From: Felis catus
Lineage: Eukaryota
NCBI RefSeq assembly: GCF_018350175.1
Contig: NC_058368.1
Coordinates: forward strand, 138,076,001 to 138,140,000
Direction of reading: 5' to 3'
DNA: 64,000 nucleotides
Below are positions 51,778 to 63,740 of the stretch, one piece after another. A program made the position numbers and the translations under genes. Numbering within the stretch: position 1 is the first letter of the stretch; every line of letters starts with the position of its first letter. Under the pieces are notes generated by a model. That model saw only the letters and a program-made list of their open reading frames with translations. It had not been told where the DNA came from and did not search any database.

Positions 51778-51969
51778 TCGACTCATCCCTATTAAAAATT
51801 TTCTGTGTTCCATTCCTTCAGAATGCACCTGCTAGGTGAAAATTATTAAAATAATGAAAACTAAAATAATTAAAAAAAACTTTTTGGAGAAACATAGGTG
51901 CATTTTAGATAAAGAATCACACAGAAAATAATATAATCTGGACATGAGTAGGCTTTCAGTTCTTGTTTT

Positions 51970-52520
51970 TGTTTTGTTTCTGGTCAAGTTTATTAGGGTA
52001 TAATGTGCCTATGGTAAAATTCATCCTTCCTAGTAAACACTTCTTAGTTTTGACAAGTGCATTTAGTTCTCTAAGTAGCACCACAGTCCGGGTATAAAAC
52101 ATTTTTATCACTCCCAAAATTGCCTGTGCTGCTCCTTGGTTGTAGCCATTGCCTCTCCTAACCCCAATCTTGGGCAACTATTAATCTGCATCGCCCCCCC
52201 CCCCCGCCTATGTTTTCACCTTTTGCGTCACGTCCTGTCAATCATGTGGCCCTTTGAGTCTGGCTTTTGGCATTCAGCATAACGTGTTTGAGATTCATCC
52301 ATTTGTTGCCTGTCTCAGTAGTTCATTCCTTTGTACTGCTGAGTAGTATGCCACTGTGTGGAGATACTACAGTTGAGTTATTCACCGATTGAAGGATATT
52401 TGAGGTATTGTCTCTTTTCAGTGATTACGGATAGAGCTACTGTAACCATTTGTACAGTTCTTACATGACTGTAGGTTCACAACAATGTCTACATAAATAC
52501 CTAGGACTAGGATTGCACGT
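51970..52520 (-). mobile_element. Old L1 (L1MB/MC-like) 3' end
   Basis: aacatttttatcactcccaaa...cattcagcataacgtgtttgagattcatcc...gctgagtagtatgccactgtgtgg. Confidence 0.75.
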
Positions 52521-53136
52521 GACCAGTTTACCAAAGGGTGATTACTAAATTTCCTTGAAATTTCATGATTTTTCTCTTAATTGTAGATGTGATGCATGTT
52601 CATTGTAGAAATATTGAAAAATATCGAAAAGAATGAAGAAGGTAAAACAAAACCAAACCCGGATCTCCTCTGTCTTTCATTTTCATCTGCTTATATGCAT
52701 CATTACTTGAACAGAAATATTTATTTTGTGACCTAGTTTTAGCAATATTTTACTGTATCATTAAATATTATTTACCATAATTTCAAATGACTTCATAATA
52801 CCAAGAAGTGAACTTGGTGAACTTGGTGAACTGATAGAGGATATGTTTTGGTACAGGAGAACTTAGACTTTGTCAGCTGTAGCTGTTTGCACATAGCTAA
52901 TCCTGTTCTCACAGCCCTATATTACATGAAATCATTGAGGAACACTTAGAACGAGTATGACCAGTTGCCTTTCCGTGGATGTGACCTTTAAGTTTGAGAC
53001 TTATGGGTATGAATAGAATTTTGGTCCTCCCTGCTTAATTTTTTCCCTTAGGTGAACTCGGTAACGATTAGCAATGATTTAAAGGGTGACTGTAAGAAGG
53101 TTGTTGTTCTTCAGTTGCATAAAAGAATTTGCAAGA

Positions 53137-53211
53137 TTTTTTTTTTTAAAGTTTGTTTATTTTGAGAGACAGAGTGTGCCCACACCATCTCTGAGCCACC
53201 TAGGCAGCCCT
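53137..53211 (-). mobile_element. CanSINE remnant (head joined to tail, body missing)
   Basis: tttgtttattttgagagacagagtg...ctgagccacctaggcagccc. Confidence 0.7.
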
Positions 53212-53479
53212 GCACTATTTTTAAGTGAAATTAAGGTTAGAGACTACCATAGCTTAAATAACCAACTAACAACTAAAGATCTTTATTGTGTTTTTGAAAA
53301 ATGCTATCTGCACTACTGGTTGTAGTAAGGTCCCTGTACTGTAGTCTGTGAGTTTGCTTTTTTTGGTCGATATTTTGGAAAACTTAGGGACGTAATTGGT
53401 GGGGAAACGTGTATTCATTCACATGTCTGGCTTGCAAAGCCCTAGACACATCATGTTCTCTTAAGAATAGCTAACAATA

Positions 53480-53692
53480 GAGGCGCCTAGGTGGCTCAGT
53501 CCGTTGAGCTTTCGACTTTGGCTCAGGTCACGATCTCACAGTCCGTGAGTTCGAGCCCCGCGTCGGGCTCTGTGCTGACAGCTCAGAGCCTGGAGCTTGC
53601 TTCAGATTCTGTGTCTCCCTTTCTCTCTCTGCCCCTCCCCTGCTCATGCTCTGTCTCAAAAATAAATAAAATCATTAAAAAAATTTAAAAAA
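53480..53692 (+). mobile_element. CanSINE
   Basis: TSD aagaatagct(aa/gg)caata. Confidence 0.95.
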
Positions 53693-53850
53693 AAGAATAG
53701 CTGGCAATATTTGGCTGGGTAATGAAGAGGAGTACGAAAAGGATTTGAGAAGAGTGTGAAGACTTGGTTTCCATTTTGGGTGTCCGGCAACCCTTTCCTG
53801 TGCCAAGCCTCACCTTCATCGTGTATATTTCTTAATTAAGAAATCATTAA

Positions 53851-53990
53851 GGGGCACCTGGGTGGCTCAGTCGGTTTAGCATCCAACTCTTCGTTTCGGC
53901 TCTGGTTGTGATCCCAGGGTTGTGGGATCAAGCCCCACGTTGGGCTCCATGCTGAGCATGGGCTCTAAAAATAAAAATAAAAATAAAAAA
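53851..53990 (+). mobile_element. Older CanSINE lacking the (CT)n part
   Basis: TSD aagaaatc(a/t)ttaa. Confidence 0.88.
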
Positions 53991-56096
53991 AAGAAATCTT
54001 TAAAAATAAAAAGTCTCCAAGAATCATTGTTAATCTAGTAATCAAAGTGATAGACTTGGGCAATGTGGGTTATTCCCCCCCACCGGACCGTGCTTGGTTG
54101 CAAAGACCGAATCCTTCCTGGTTGAAATGCGGGGGGGGGGGGAGAAGATGTGCATGTTTCTCAGTGCAGCGTACCTCTCAATGGAGTGAAAAGCTCACTG
54201 CCAGAAGAGAGGAGGGCATGGTTCAGTCTCAAGAATGGGAAGGACGTCCTCTGAAGCTTCCAGGCTCTGAGCTCCCTCGTCTCAATGTACGGCTGGCAAT
54301 CTTGTCAACAAAACTCCTGTTAAATAGATACCAGTTCATTGTCCTGCTTATGGACACATTCTCTAGAGCCCAGCTATGGCAGTAACAAAAACCAGTGTCT
54401 TTTAAAAGAGTTGATGGAGTGCTTAACTTTAGTTTTATTTTTGTTAGGGAAGCACTTAAAAAGAATCTAGTACATGCCTTCCAGTTAATTGGGAAGTAAA
54501 GAGTTTTAATGGAAAATTGATGGGTTGACTAGTAGGCAAATTAGTTTGTTGCTGGAGTCCATCAAGAGAGCGTGTGATGAATTTACTAAGCACAGGGTAA
54601 GGTACGAGGAATACGGCCAGTGAGAATTTTGTGCCGAGTGGAGTTTCAAGGCAGCTTTGTGTTTGGCGACTTTATCTAGCTCTTAAAGAAAGGAGAGAAC
54701 AACAGTCTTTATGGAAACTGTATGTGGGTACCTTTTAAGCAAATCAGGCATTTTTGGGTACTCAGTGTTGTCCCTGACCTTTTAAAGCTGTCCTGTATTC
54801 CTGCTGCTCAAGTGTCATTTCCCGTCAGTTCTGAGTGATTTTAATCTAAACACATTAAGCTTCAGTCCATTCTTCCTGCATAGAGATAGAGAGCTCGATC
54901 TGAAAAGACTAGCAGAGCTCTTACACAAGGAGGTCTGTGTTTGCACTCAAAAATGAGAGCATGTAAATCAGTCTTGTAATGGTTTTCAAAACTGTTCTGA
55001 ATGACATTTGACTTTTAGAGATTGGAAACATTTAAAAAATTCATTGCTTCATATTTTGTCTCTGTACATGTTTCTTTAATTGATAGGTTCTTAGGTCAAA
55101 TATTATTCTGTCAGGATCATTATAGAGCTCATTTTGTTATCCACGTTATTTGGTATAATTACAGCAGGAAGAGTTGAGATTGGACCTCAGGGAGAACTTC
55201 CTGAAAAGCTAAGTAAGACTGGGGGTACCAAGAAGAGAGGGAGATCTTTTTTTAGAAACCTATAAAGTAAAATTTAAAGTGCTCTCTGTGGATGAGTCTG
55301 TCTCTGTGCTCAGAACTAGGGGGATGTGCACAAAATGCACTTGTGACTATTTCCACTTAATGCTTTTGTGATGCTCTGAATCCCAGCAAAAGGAAAATGT
55401 CCTATGTATCGAATGCAAGTTTGAGCCACTTATCGTGGAATCTTGTGTGTAGAAATTCTCTCTGACAACAGGAACAGATGGTCATCTACTCTTGTTAAAT
55501 TGGTGGAGAGAAAACTCTTCACCAGATCATGAAAAGAGTCCATAATTGGACAGTTGTAATTATTACAAATTTTAATTGTCTAAAAATCTGTCTCTCATAA
55601 TTCTCTTCGTTAGTTTTGCCCCTGAGAAACGTTGCCCCTGAGACGTTGTGTAGGAACAGTGCTCTTTCTTGTCCATAATCCTTCAAAAGTTTGAGCACGG
55701 CTTTTATGTCTCCCCATTAAGTGTTCTCTTTGCCAGAGTAAACTCCCAAAGCTCCCATGATGTAGGTTTGCCAGCTGTTATCACCCTGGTGGCTCTAATT
55801 AAACAGAAAACCCCCGCAGGCTTTGGTTAAAGCGGAGGACAATGGAACCATTTTCTTCCTCTTCTGGACACTGTCCTGTAGTCTCAGGTAGTCTTAGCTT
55901 GATGTGGGCAGCTGCGCCACACTGTCAACTGTCAACTGTCCTGAGGTCACTACCTTCCCAAATCTCTAGATCCTTTCCACATCAGTGGTGGTCATCTGGT
56001 GTTCTTCCATCTTCTGTCGTGCTGCTGAGTTTTAAGTGCACTACTTGAATTCATAGTTGGGAAATTCATCTTGTTAGTGTTGGCCCTGTTCTTTTT

Positions 56097-56860
56097 ATTT
56101 TATTTTATTTTATTTTATTTTATTTTATTTTATTTTATTTTATTTTATTTTATTTTATTATTTTATCTTATTTTATCTTATTTTATCTCATCTCATGTCA
56201 TTTTATTTTATTTTATTATTTTATTTTACTTTATTTTATTTTTTATTTTTTAAAATTTACATCCAAATTAGTTAGCATATAGTGCAACAATGATTTCAGG
56301 AGTAGATTCCTTAGTGCCCCTTACCCATTTAGCCCATCCCCCCTCTCACAACCCCTCCAGGAGCCCTCTGTTTGTTCTCCATATTTATGAGTCTCTTCTG
56401 TTTTGTCCCCTTCCCTGTTTTTATATTATTTTTGTGTCCCTTCCCTTATGTTCATCTGTTTTGTCTCTTAAAGTCCTCATATGAGTGAACTCATATGATA
56501 TTTGTCTTTCTCTGACTGACTAATTCCACTTAGCATAATACCCTCCAGTTCCATCCACGTAGTTGCAAATGGCAAGATTTCATTCTTTTTGACTGCCGAG
56601 TAATGCTCCATTGTATATATACCACATCTTCTTTATCCATTCATCCATCGATGGACATTTGGGCTCTTTCCATACTTTGGCTATTGTTGATAGTGCTGCT
56701 ATAAACATGGGGGTGCATGTGTCCCTTTGAAACAACACACCTGTATCCCTTGGATAAATGCCTAGTAGTGCAATTGCTGGGTCGTAGGGTAGTTCTATTT
56801 TAGTTTTCTGAGGAACCTCCATACTGTTTTCCAGAGTGGCTGCACCAGCTTGCATTCCCA
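56097..56860 (-). mobile_element. 5'-truncated felid L1 with tail expanded into (TAAAA)n
   Basis: ORF 56580-56855 is the ORF2 C-terminus. Perfect TSD ggccctgttcttttt at 56082-56096 and 56861-56875; (TTTTA)n at about 56093-56250. Confidence 0.97.
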
Positions 56861-57545
56861 GGCCCTGTTCTTTTTGAGTCTTGACTTACTGATGCTTCCA
56901 ACTTTGCTCCTGCCATTTGTCTATTCGATAGGGACATCTATGTCTTCATTAGTAAACCTGTAGAACAAGATAGAACCCTTCTTGTCTTTTGGAAAGATTC
57001 CTCATTCTTAATTATTGCTTTTATCAAAATGTAGTAAGGAAATGGTTGGACTAGTAGCTCACTGAAACATGGGTCACAGTTGGTGGCTTCCCTTTGTGGT
57101 GCCTCTACAAATCTTGAATCAATCCTTAGCTTTACAAGGTAAAATTCAATTTTTCTTTAAAGTCAGGGGTGACAGATAAACCTATTATTGAAAACTTTAA
57201 AATATGGTTTTAAATGATAAAATGTTAGAAGTAGAACATTGTGGAAAATAATTAAATAAAGCCCTCTTTGATATTATCATGTAAAGACAAGTTGAAAGGT
57301 TACTGTTTTGTCCCTTTTGTTCTGAATGCTAAACAATATTCGTAGCCACAGAGAGTTAGTGTGCATCTAGCAAGGAACATGTGGTTCTGAGTGTTCTAGC
57401 TGAGGAAGAGAAGGATCCCATTGGGAATCCTGATGAGATCCATCAGGAAGCTGCCCAATTATTCTGGGATAAGTGTGTTCTGCAAATAATGTTTTCTGTC
57501 ACTGCTCTTTCCATCATTTATCTTGCATTTCAAAGGAAAAGTTTT

Positions 57546-57817
57546 CCTTCTCTTCTCTTCTCTTCTCTTCTCTTCTCTTCTCTTCTCTTCTCTTCTCTTC
57601 TCTTCTCTTCTCTTCTCTTCTCTTCTCTTCTCTTTTTATTTTTAGCGAGGTGAAGGAATGAGCAGGGGAGAGGGGCAGAGGGAGAGAGAGAGAATCTTAA
57701 GCAGGCTCCACCCTCACTGTGGAGCCTGATGTGGGATGGATCCCATGACCCTGGGATCCTGACCTGAGCCAAAATCAAGGGTCAGATGGTCAACTGATTG
57801 AGCCACCCAGGTGCCCC
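57546..57817 (-). mobile_element. Older CanSINE with a (TTCTC)n tail microsatellite (about 57548-57632)
   Basis: Degenerate TSD ttcaaaggaaaagtttt / ttgaaaggaacactttt. Confidence 0.9.
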
Positions 57818-57830
57818 TTGAAAGGAACAC

Positions 57831-57912
57831 TTTTGATGCTTTGGATGGTTGACCAAAGGTGTGTGACTTGAAGAGTTTTGATGCTTTGGATGGTTGAGCA
57901 AAGATATGTGAC
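57831..57912. repeat. 45-bp-period tandem duplication
   Basis: ttttgatgctttggatggttga(c/g)caaag...gtgac occurs twice. Confidence 0.9.
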
Positions 57913-58189
57913 CTCGCCCCAGAGACAAGGGAGGAGTCTGGTGCTGGGTGTTAACATGTGAGTTCTACAGCACCTGAAGGTGCAATTAAGGAAATGGAGA
58001 ATAAAGATCAGAAAATTAGGAAATGATGACAAGCCCTGAGCATTATGAAGGACTTTGTAAAGGTCATTGCAACCTGGCAGGATTGATCCACAAGTACATA
58101 GAGGATGAAGCATGCCTTGTTCTCCAAGAAAGAGCATGTTGGCTTTGCCAGTGTCCATTCCCTATAAGGACTTGACTGTGAGAGGTTAA

Positions 58190-58370
58190 GGACTGCCTGG
58201 GTCATTCTCCTATCTAGCTGTGACCTGGATAAGTTAGCTCAGCACTCCCTGCCTCAGTTCCCTTGTTTGTCAAATGGGGTTGAGAATAAAACACCTACCT
58301 CAAAAGATGGTTGTGGGATTAAATGAGATGATCTTTTGAAAGCAGTTGGTACTGGATTTGGCAGATGAGT
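58190..58370 (+). mobile_element. MIR
   Basis: agctgtgacctggataagttag...tgcctcagttcccttgtttgtcaaatgggg...ggttgtgggattaaatgagat. Confidence 0.85.
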
Positions 58371-59121
58371 AAAGATTAATATGTGTTGTTGCAATGCTGA
58401 TGAGCATGGATAGTGCTGATTTTATTTTTGAGAACGTAGTTGTGGTGTAAATGGGGTGTGGTTGCACATGCGTCCTTAGGGAGCTCTGCAGCATTTCCTG
58501 TAGGTATCTGCTGTCAGACCAGGTGAAATACTCAGAAGAGCTGGCTAAGTCATCTTGTCTGGGGGGTAACACAATGATCAAGTGTTGAAAACTTGCCTCT
58601 CTTTAGGTTGTCTATTTACAAAAGCCATTTAGATCATCATTCTCTTCAGAATATGTTAAATTTCTCATTTACTTGTCACTGATCAAATTTCCGGTGGGCT
58701 CTTGCTTTCTGATAGGGAGGCATGTATTTTTCTTCTTTTCAGTAGGATGTCCACATTACAGTAAATAGTTTGATTCAAATTGTGTAGACCATTTCTTTTG
58801 TTTTTAGAGACAGGAACTTAATGAGTTGGGGACTCGTCTTTTTTGGGAAATGTAAATACAAATCATTTACACACTTGTTTTGATCTTGGAATAGTACCAA
58901 GTAGTACATAGGAGATAAACCTGAATACAAATCCTAGCTGTGGCCTTCAAATTTGTCCTGAGTCATTACTTACTTTATTCATTTATAAAGTCTGAATTAC
59001 AGAACCCACCCTTGCAATGTATTGTGAGGATTAAATATATTTTCTACGAGTGTTACATAGTGGTATTCAATGAAACATAGCTATACAAAATCATTATATT
59101 AATCCTGGATGAAAATCAATT

Positions 59122-59348
59122 TTTCTTTTTTTTTATTGTTTTATTTATTTTTTTTAACGTTTATTTATTTTTGAGACAGAGCATGAATGGGGGAGGGTCA
59201 GAGAGAGAGGGAGACACATAATCTGAAACAGGCTCCAGGCTCTGAGCCATCAGCACAGAGCCTGACGCGGGGCTTGAACTCACGAACCACGAGATCATGA
59301 CCTGAGCCGAAGTCGGACGCTTAACCGACTGAGCCACCCAGGTGCCCC
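59122..59348 (-). mobile_element. CanSINE
   Basis: TSD gaaa(a/g)tcaatt. Confidence 0.95.
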
Positions 59349-59941
59349 GAAAGTCAATTGTTCTGAGTTTCAAGATTAAATGAAAATGTAAACATAAATG
59401 GTATTTTCAGTTGATGGCTAAGTTTATAGCTTATAGTTCTGTTTGTAAGTTTGTAAAATACAATTTAGTGAAATCAACTCAACTTATTCTTCCATCCAAA
59501 GTTTTTTAAACAGTAAAGTGTCCAGGCAGAGTTATGTTCTTACAGAGCATTGGTTGGAATACAAATGCTTCTCACCTGTTAACAAGGTGTGCCAGCAAGG
59601 CTGGGAGGGAGATGGGTAGGTGGGGACACCCTGCTTGCCTTATGGGATTCCAGTGTTACCTTGCATCTGTAGGTACACTTAAGGCACAACCAAGGAAATG
59701 GAAATAAATTTTTTTTTTCAGAAAATGCATACCAAAGGATTGATGGCTTTGTAATGGATGTAGCCCGCAATCATTACAGGTTAAAAGAATCTTCTGTGAA
59801 GCAGAATTTCTTTAAAGATTAATGTTTTCATTGGCTTCAAACTCTAGATTTGAAAAAAGAGAAATTGATTCTTGAGGTGCCCCCAAACTAACCGTGTGTT
59901 TAGAATCTTTTGGTCTTTTTAGTTAGTGTGGGTTGAGTCTT

Positions 59942-61250
59942 TATTTTTATTTTTTTGATTTGAGAATAGTTGACACACAGTGTTACGTTAGTTTCACATG
60001 TGCAGCACCGTGATTTGACGAGTTTGTATATTCTGCCCTGTTCACCAGAAGGGTAGCTACCATCTGTCATGTTCTAGTGCTTTTACAATATCAGTGAATG
60101 TATTCCTCAAGCCGTGCTTTCTACTGCTATGATTTATTCATTCCATAACTGGAAGTCTGTATCTCCCACTCGTCTTCACCCATTTTGCCCACCTCCCCTC
60201 TCCCCTCCGGCAACCAATTTTTTGCTTTCTATTTATAGTTCTCATTCTGCTTTTTTAAATTCATTTTTCTTTGTTTGTTTTTTTGTTTTCACTACACTAG
60301 CTTTGACTCATGAGTGAAATCGTAAGGTATTTGTCTTTCTCAGTGTGACTTATTTTACTTCATCTAATACACTCTAGGTCCAACCATGTTATCTCAAATG
60401 GCACTATCTCATCCTTTTTTATGGTTGGTGTTATTCCATTGAATATGTACACCAAAGCTTCCTTACCCATTTGTCTATCCATGGATACTTAGGTTGCTTC
60501 CATATCTTGTTTATTGTAAATAATTCTGCAGTAAACATAAGGGTGCTATGTCTTTTTGAACTAGTGTTTTCATTTTCTTTGAGTAAATACCAAACAGCAG
60601 AATTACTGGATCATATGGTATTTCTGTTATTAATTTTTTCGGGAGCCTTCATACTGTTTTTCACAGTGGCTGGACCAGTTTGCATTCCCATCAACAGTGC
60701 ACGAGGGTTCCTTTTTCTCTGTACCCTTGCCAACACTTTTTTTTCTTGTCTTTGTGATTTTAGCCATTCAGGTAGGTGTAAGGTAATATCTCATTGTGGT
60801 TTTAATTCACATTTCCATGGTGATTAGTGATGTTGAGCATCTTTTTTGTGTCAGGCCATTGGTATGTCGTCTTTGGAGAAATATTCATTCAGTTCCTCTG
60901 CCCATTTATTAATTGGGTTGTTTGCTTATTTGGGGTTGAGTTGTATGTCACTTACACATTTTGTATACTAACCCTTTCTCAGATACATCATTTGCAAATA
61001 TCTTCTCCCGTTCAGTAGGTTGCCTTTTCATTTTGTTGGTTTCTTTTGCTGTGCAAATGCTTTTTATTTTGATGTAGTCCTAGTATTTTAATTTTGCTTT
61101 TGTTTCCCTTGCTTGAGGAGACATATCTAGAAAATGTTGATATGGCCAATGTCAGAGAAATTACTGCCCGAAATATCTGGACAGACTGAAGACAAGTAAT
61201 GAAACTGAATTGGTAAACAAAAAACTATGACAAAAGCCCAGGACCAAATG
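59942..61250 (-). mobile_element. Carnivore L1 (about 1.2 kb of 3' sequence, - strand) with a short opposite-strand ORF2 piece at about 61170-61250
   Basis: Continuous L1 antisense 3'UTR/ORF2 sequence, then aatgaaactgaattggtaaacaaaaaact...aaaagcccaggaccaaatg (KSPGP motif) on the + strand. Confidence 0.88.
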
Positions 61251-62999
61251 TGTTTTCTTTAATCAAACAGTTGAAGACCAGTATCTTGGATATTTTTGGA
61301 ACAGTTTGTATTATTGAACTAGGTTTTTTTTTTTTAATTTTAATCCTCAGTTGAAATTCCATAATTTTTATCCCTTCTATTCCTTTAGCCTTCTAAACAA
61401 AACACCTCAAATCTGAGAAATGTAGAAAGCTCTTGATGTTCTGTGTGTCAAAAATAATCCATTTTTAACAACCGCGTGCTCCACATGCTCAATATTTAGC
61501 ATATTGGGTTTCAGTGGGAATATGTTGGTTTCTGTAATTATTGGAAACATGTTGACATTGACTCAGGGGAGTTAGATGTGCTTTACTTAGGAACACATGG
61601 TTCTGGAGGTGTGTTGTTTGGGTGAAAGGTATAACTAGTTAAAAAAAACAAATGAATCTGGCTATCCTATTAAGAATGAGATAATTCAGGGCTTATAATA
61701 ACTTAAGGATTTCTTCAGTTACAAGTCTTTAAAAATGCAAATCATGACAAGTCCTCTGCTTGGATATGAAATAATTTTTTCAGGGAAAAGGGGTCTTGTG
61801 TTATAATGAGTACTCATTTGGGCTTCAGGAAACAATGGGAACTATGTGGGAGAGTCAGTGGCTGGCAGGTTTTGTATTGTCACTCCTTCAGGAGGAGACT
61901 CCGAGTTAGTTACCACGTGGCCAGCAAACTCTTTTTTGAATTGTTGGTTTTTGAAGGGATAGGTTAGTTATGGAATGATAATTGTTATGCCTCTGATAAG
62001 TAAGTTATAAAATTGTGTACCTTTGGAAAACTTGTAGCATTTGTCACTTGTGCTGTACTTGTGGGTAATCTCCACAGATTCAAGGTAGATCTTGTACTTT
62101 ATGGTGTCAGAAATCTCCTTTCTCATTAGGAACGACATTTAAAATAATGAAATTTTCCTTTATTATATGAACAGTTCCTTACTGATGAAGCAGTAAGGGG
62201 GGGCAGGCAGGCACCATGTGCTTTTGAAAATAGTCACATGAGTGTGATGACATTGCTTGCCCGTTTACAGCGCAGGCTTGGCCTCACAACCCCAAGATCA
62301 AGAGCCGCAAGCCCCACTGAGCTGGCCAGCTGACCCCGAAGTGTAGTATTCTTCAGTGTTGATGAAACTGACCTGGGAAGTGACACTAGAAGCTCTTCCA
62401 TTTCTCTTGGAATCCGCTTTTATGCCAGAACCCGTGGCAGGGATTGAGCCGATAACCGAACATACCTTGCTTCTCTTGGGCACATTGTACAGTGTGTCCC
62501 CGTTAGTCTTTGTAGCTGAGTTCTTGACGGTGAAATGGTAGCTGCAGAGGTGGGTGCCCTGTTCAGGCCTGGACAGCTGTGATGATCCATATTCTTCTCT
62601 CCTTTTGGCTGGAATAGAGAAGCTAACTTGGGATCCGTGGGTTGCAGGTGGCAGGGCCACACGGTGGTGGGAATGTGGGTCCCCGGAAGGCTATTTGGAA
62701 GCAGTGTGTGCTTGGGGCTATTAGGTGAGCAGGAAATGTGCTTTTACTCTTTTACTCCAACCAGCCTTCAGGTTCTCCATGACAGTTACCTTCCGACTTA
62801 GCCTCTGCCTTTGAGGAGCTGCAGCACCTCCCTTCATTTCATTCCTGTGTTTGGGGACAAAGCCCTGGTTTTTGCCAACAGATTTGCCTTTTTCTATGAC
62901 TTACCTGTTGTGTTTGCTTCTCATTCACTCCATTCTCATTCTTTTGTCTTCCTTTATTAAAACACACACAAAACTTGCAAATCTTGCAGTTCACCACTC

Positions 63000-63250
63000 A
63001 GTTTCCATGCTCAGCCTTTCAAAGTCTCTTTGCCCAATCTGAAATAACTCCCTGGGCACTTGGAATTATTCTATTTTAAATTCTCTGTGTAGCACCCACA
63101 ATTTTTTGATTTTTTTTTTATTGTGTCTTCCCTGAAGACTCTAAACGTTGAGAGCAGGTGTTGGCTCCATGCACTACTGCCTCCCTTATTCCTCAAACAG
63201 TGTGTGCAATGTACTCTAATACAGACTTGATACATACTTGATGAATGAAG
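63000..63250 (+). mobile_element. L2 3' end
   Basis: gactctaaacgttgagagcagg...acttgatgaatgaa. Confidence 0.5.
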
Positions 63251-63295
63251 TATGAAACCATATCTTACTTTAGATAAGAAAAACGTGGGATATTA

Positions 63296-63503
63296 GGGGC
63301 GCCTGGGTGGCTCAGTTGGTTAAGCGTCCAACTTCGGCCAAGGTCACGATCTCATGGTTCATGGTTTCGAGCCCCGCGTCGGACTCTGTGCTGACAGCTC
63401 AGAGCCTGAAGCCGGCTTCGGATTCTGTGTCTCCCTCTCTCTCTGCCCCTCCACCACTCACGCTCTGTCTCTCTCTCTCAAAAATAAACATTAAAAAAAA
63501 AAA
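63296..63503 (+). mobile_element. CanSINE
   Basis: Full head, (CT)n region and A-tail. Confidence 0.96.
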
Positions 63504-63544
63504 AGGATGTAATTTACAAACGAGCAAGAAGAATTACCTTTTTT

Positions 63545-63740
63545 GAGTTCATACTGTTGGCAGGTGCAGGCATTCATTATCTCCTTCCGCCCTCACTAAT
63601 TCCCAAAGAAGGAATATCTGCTGTTAATCTCGTTTTGCAGATGAGGAAAGGAATTGCTGTACAGAGAAGTTAAGCCACTTGTTTAAAGCTAAACAATGAT
63701 TAGTGGTAGAGGTAGGAAGGGGATCCAAGGTTGTCTGACC
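63545..63740 (-). mobile_element. MIR
   Basis: gttttgcagatgaggaaa...cagagaagttaagccacttg. Confidence 0.75.

Noticed and set aside
2640..56855. ORFs with MFIAALSTIAK...KCPS.DEWIKK (2640, 7161, 18469, 56580)
   Set aside because: These are L1 ORF2 C-terminal remnants in 5'-truncated elements, not independent genes.
47454..57912. Short direct repeats considered as CRISPR-like arrays
   Set aside because: Each has only two adjacent units with no unique spacers, in a mammalian context; they are simple tandem duplications.
1912..63546. Many similar ORFs ([16 protein letters not shown]..., [19 protein letters not shown]...) that look like a gene family
   Set aside because: They are translations of CanSINE copies, each coinciding with a SINE that has an A-tail and usually a TSD.
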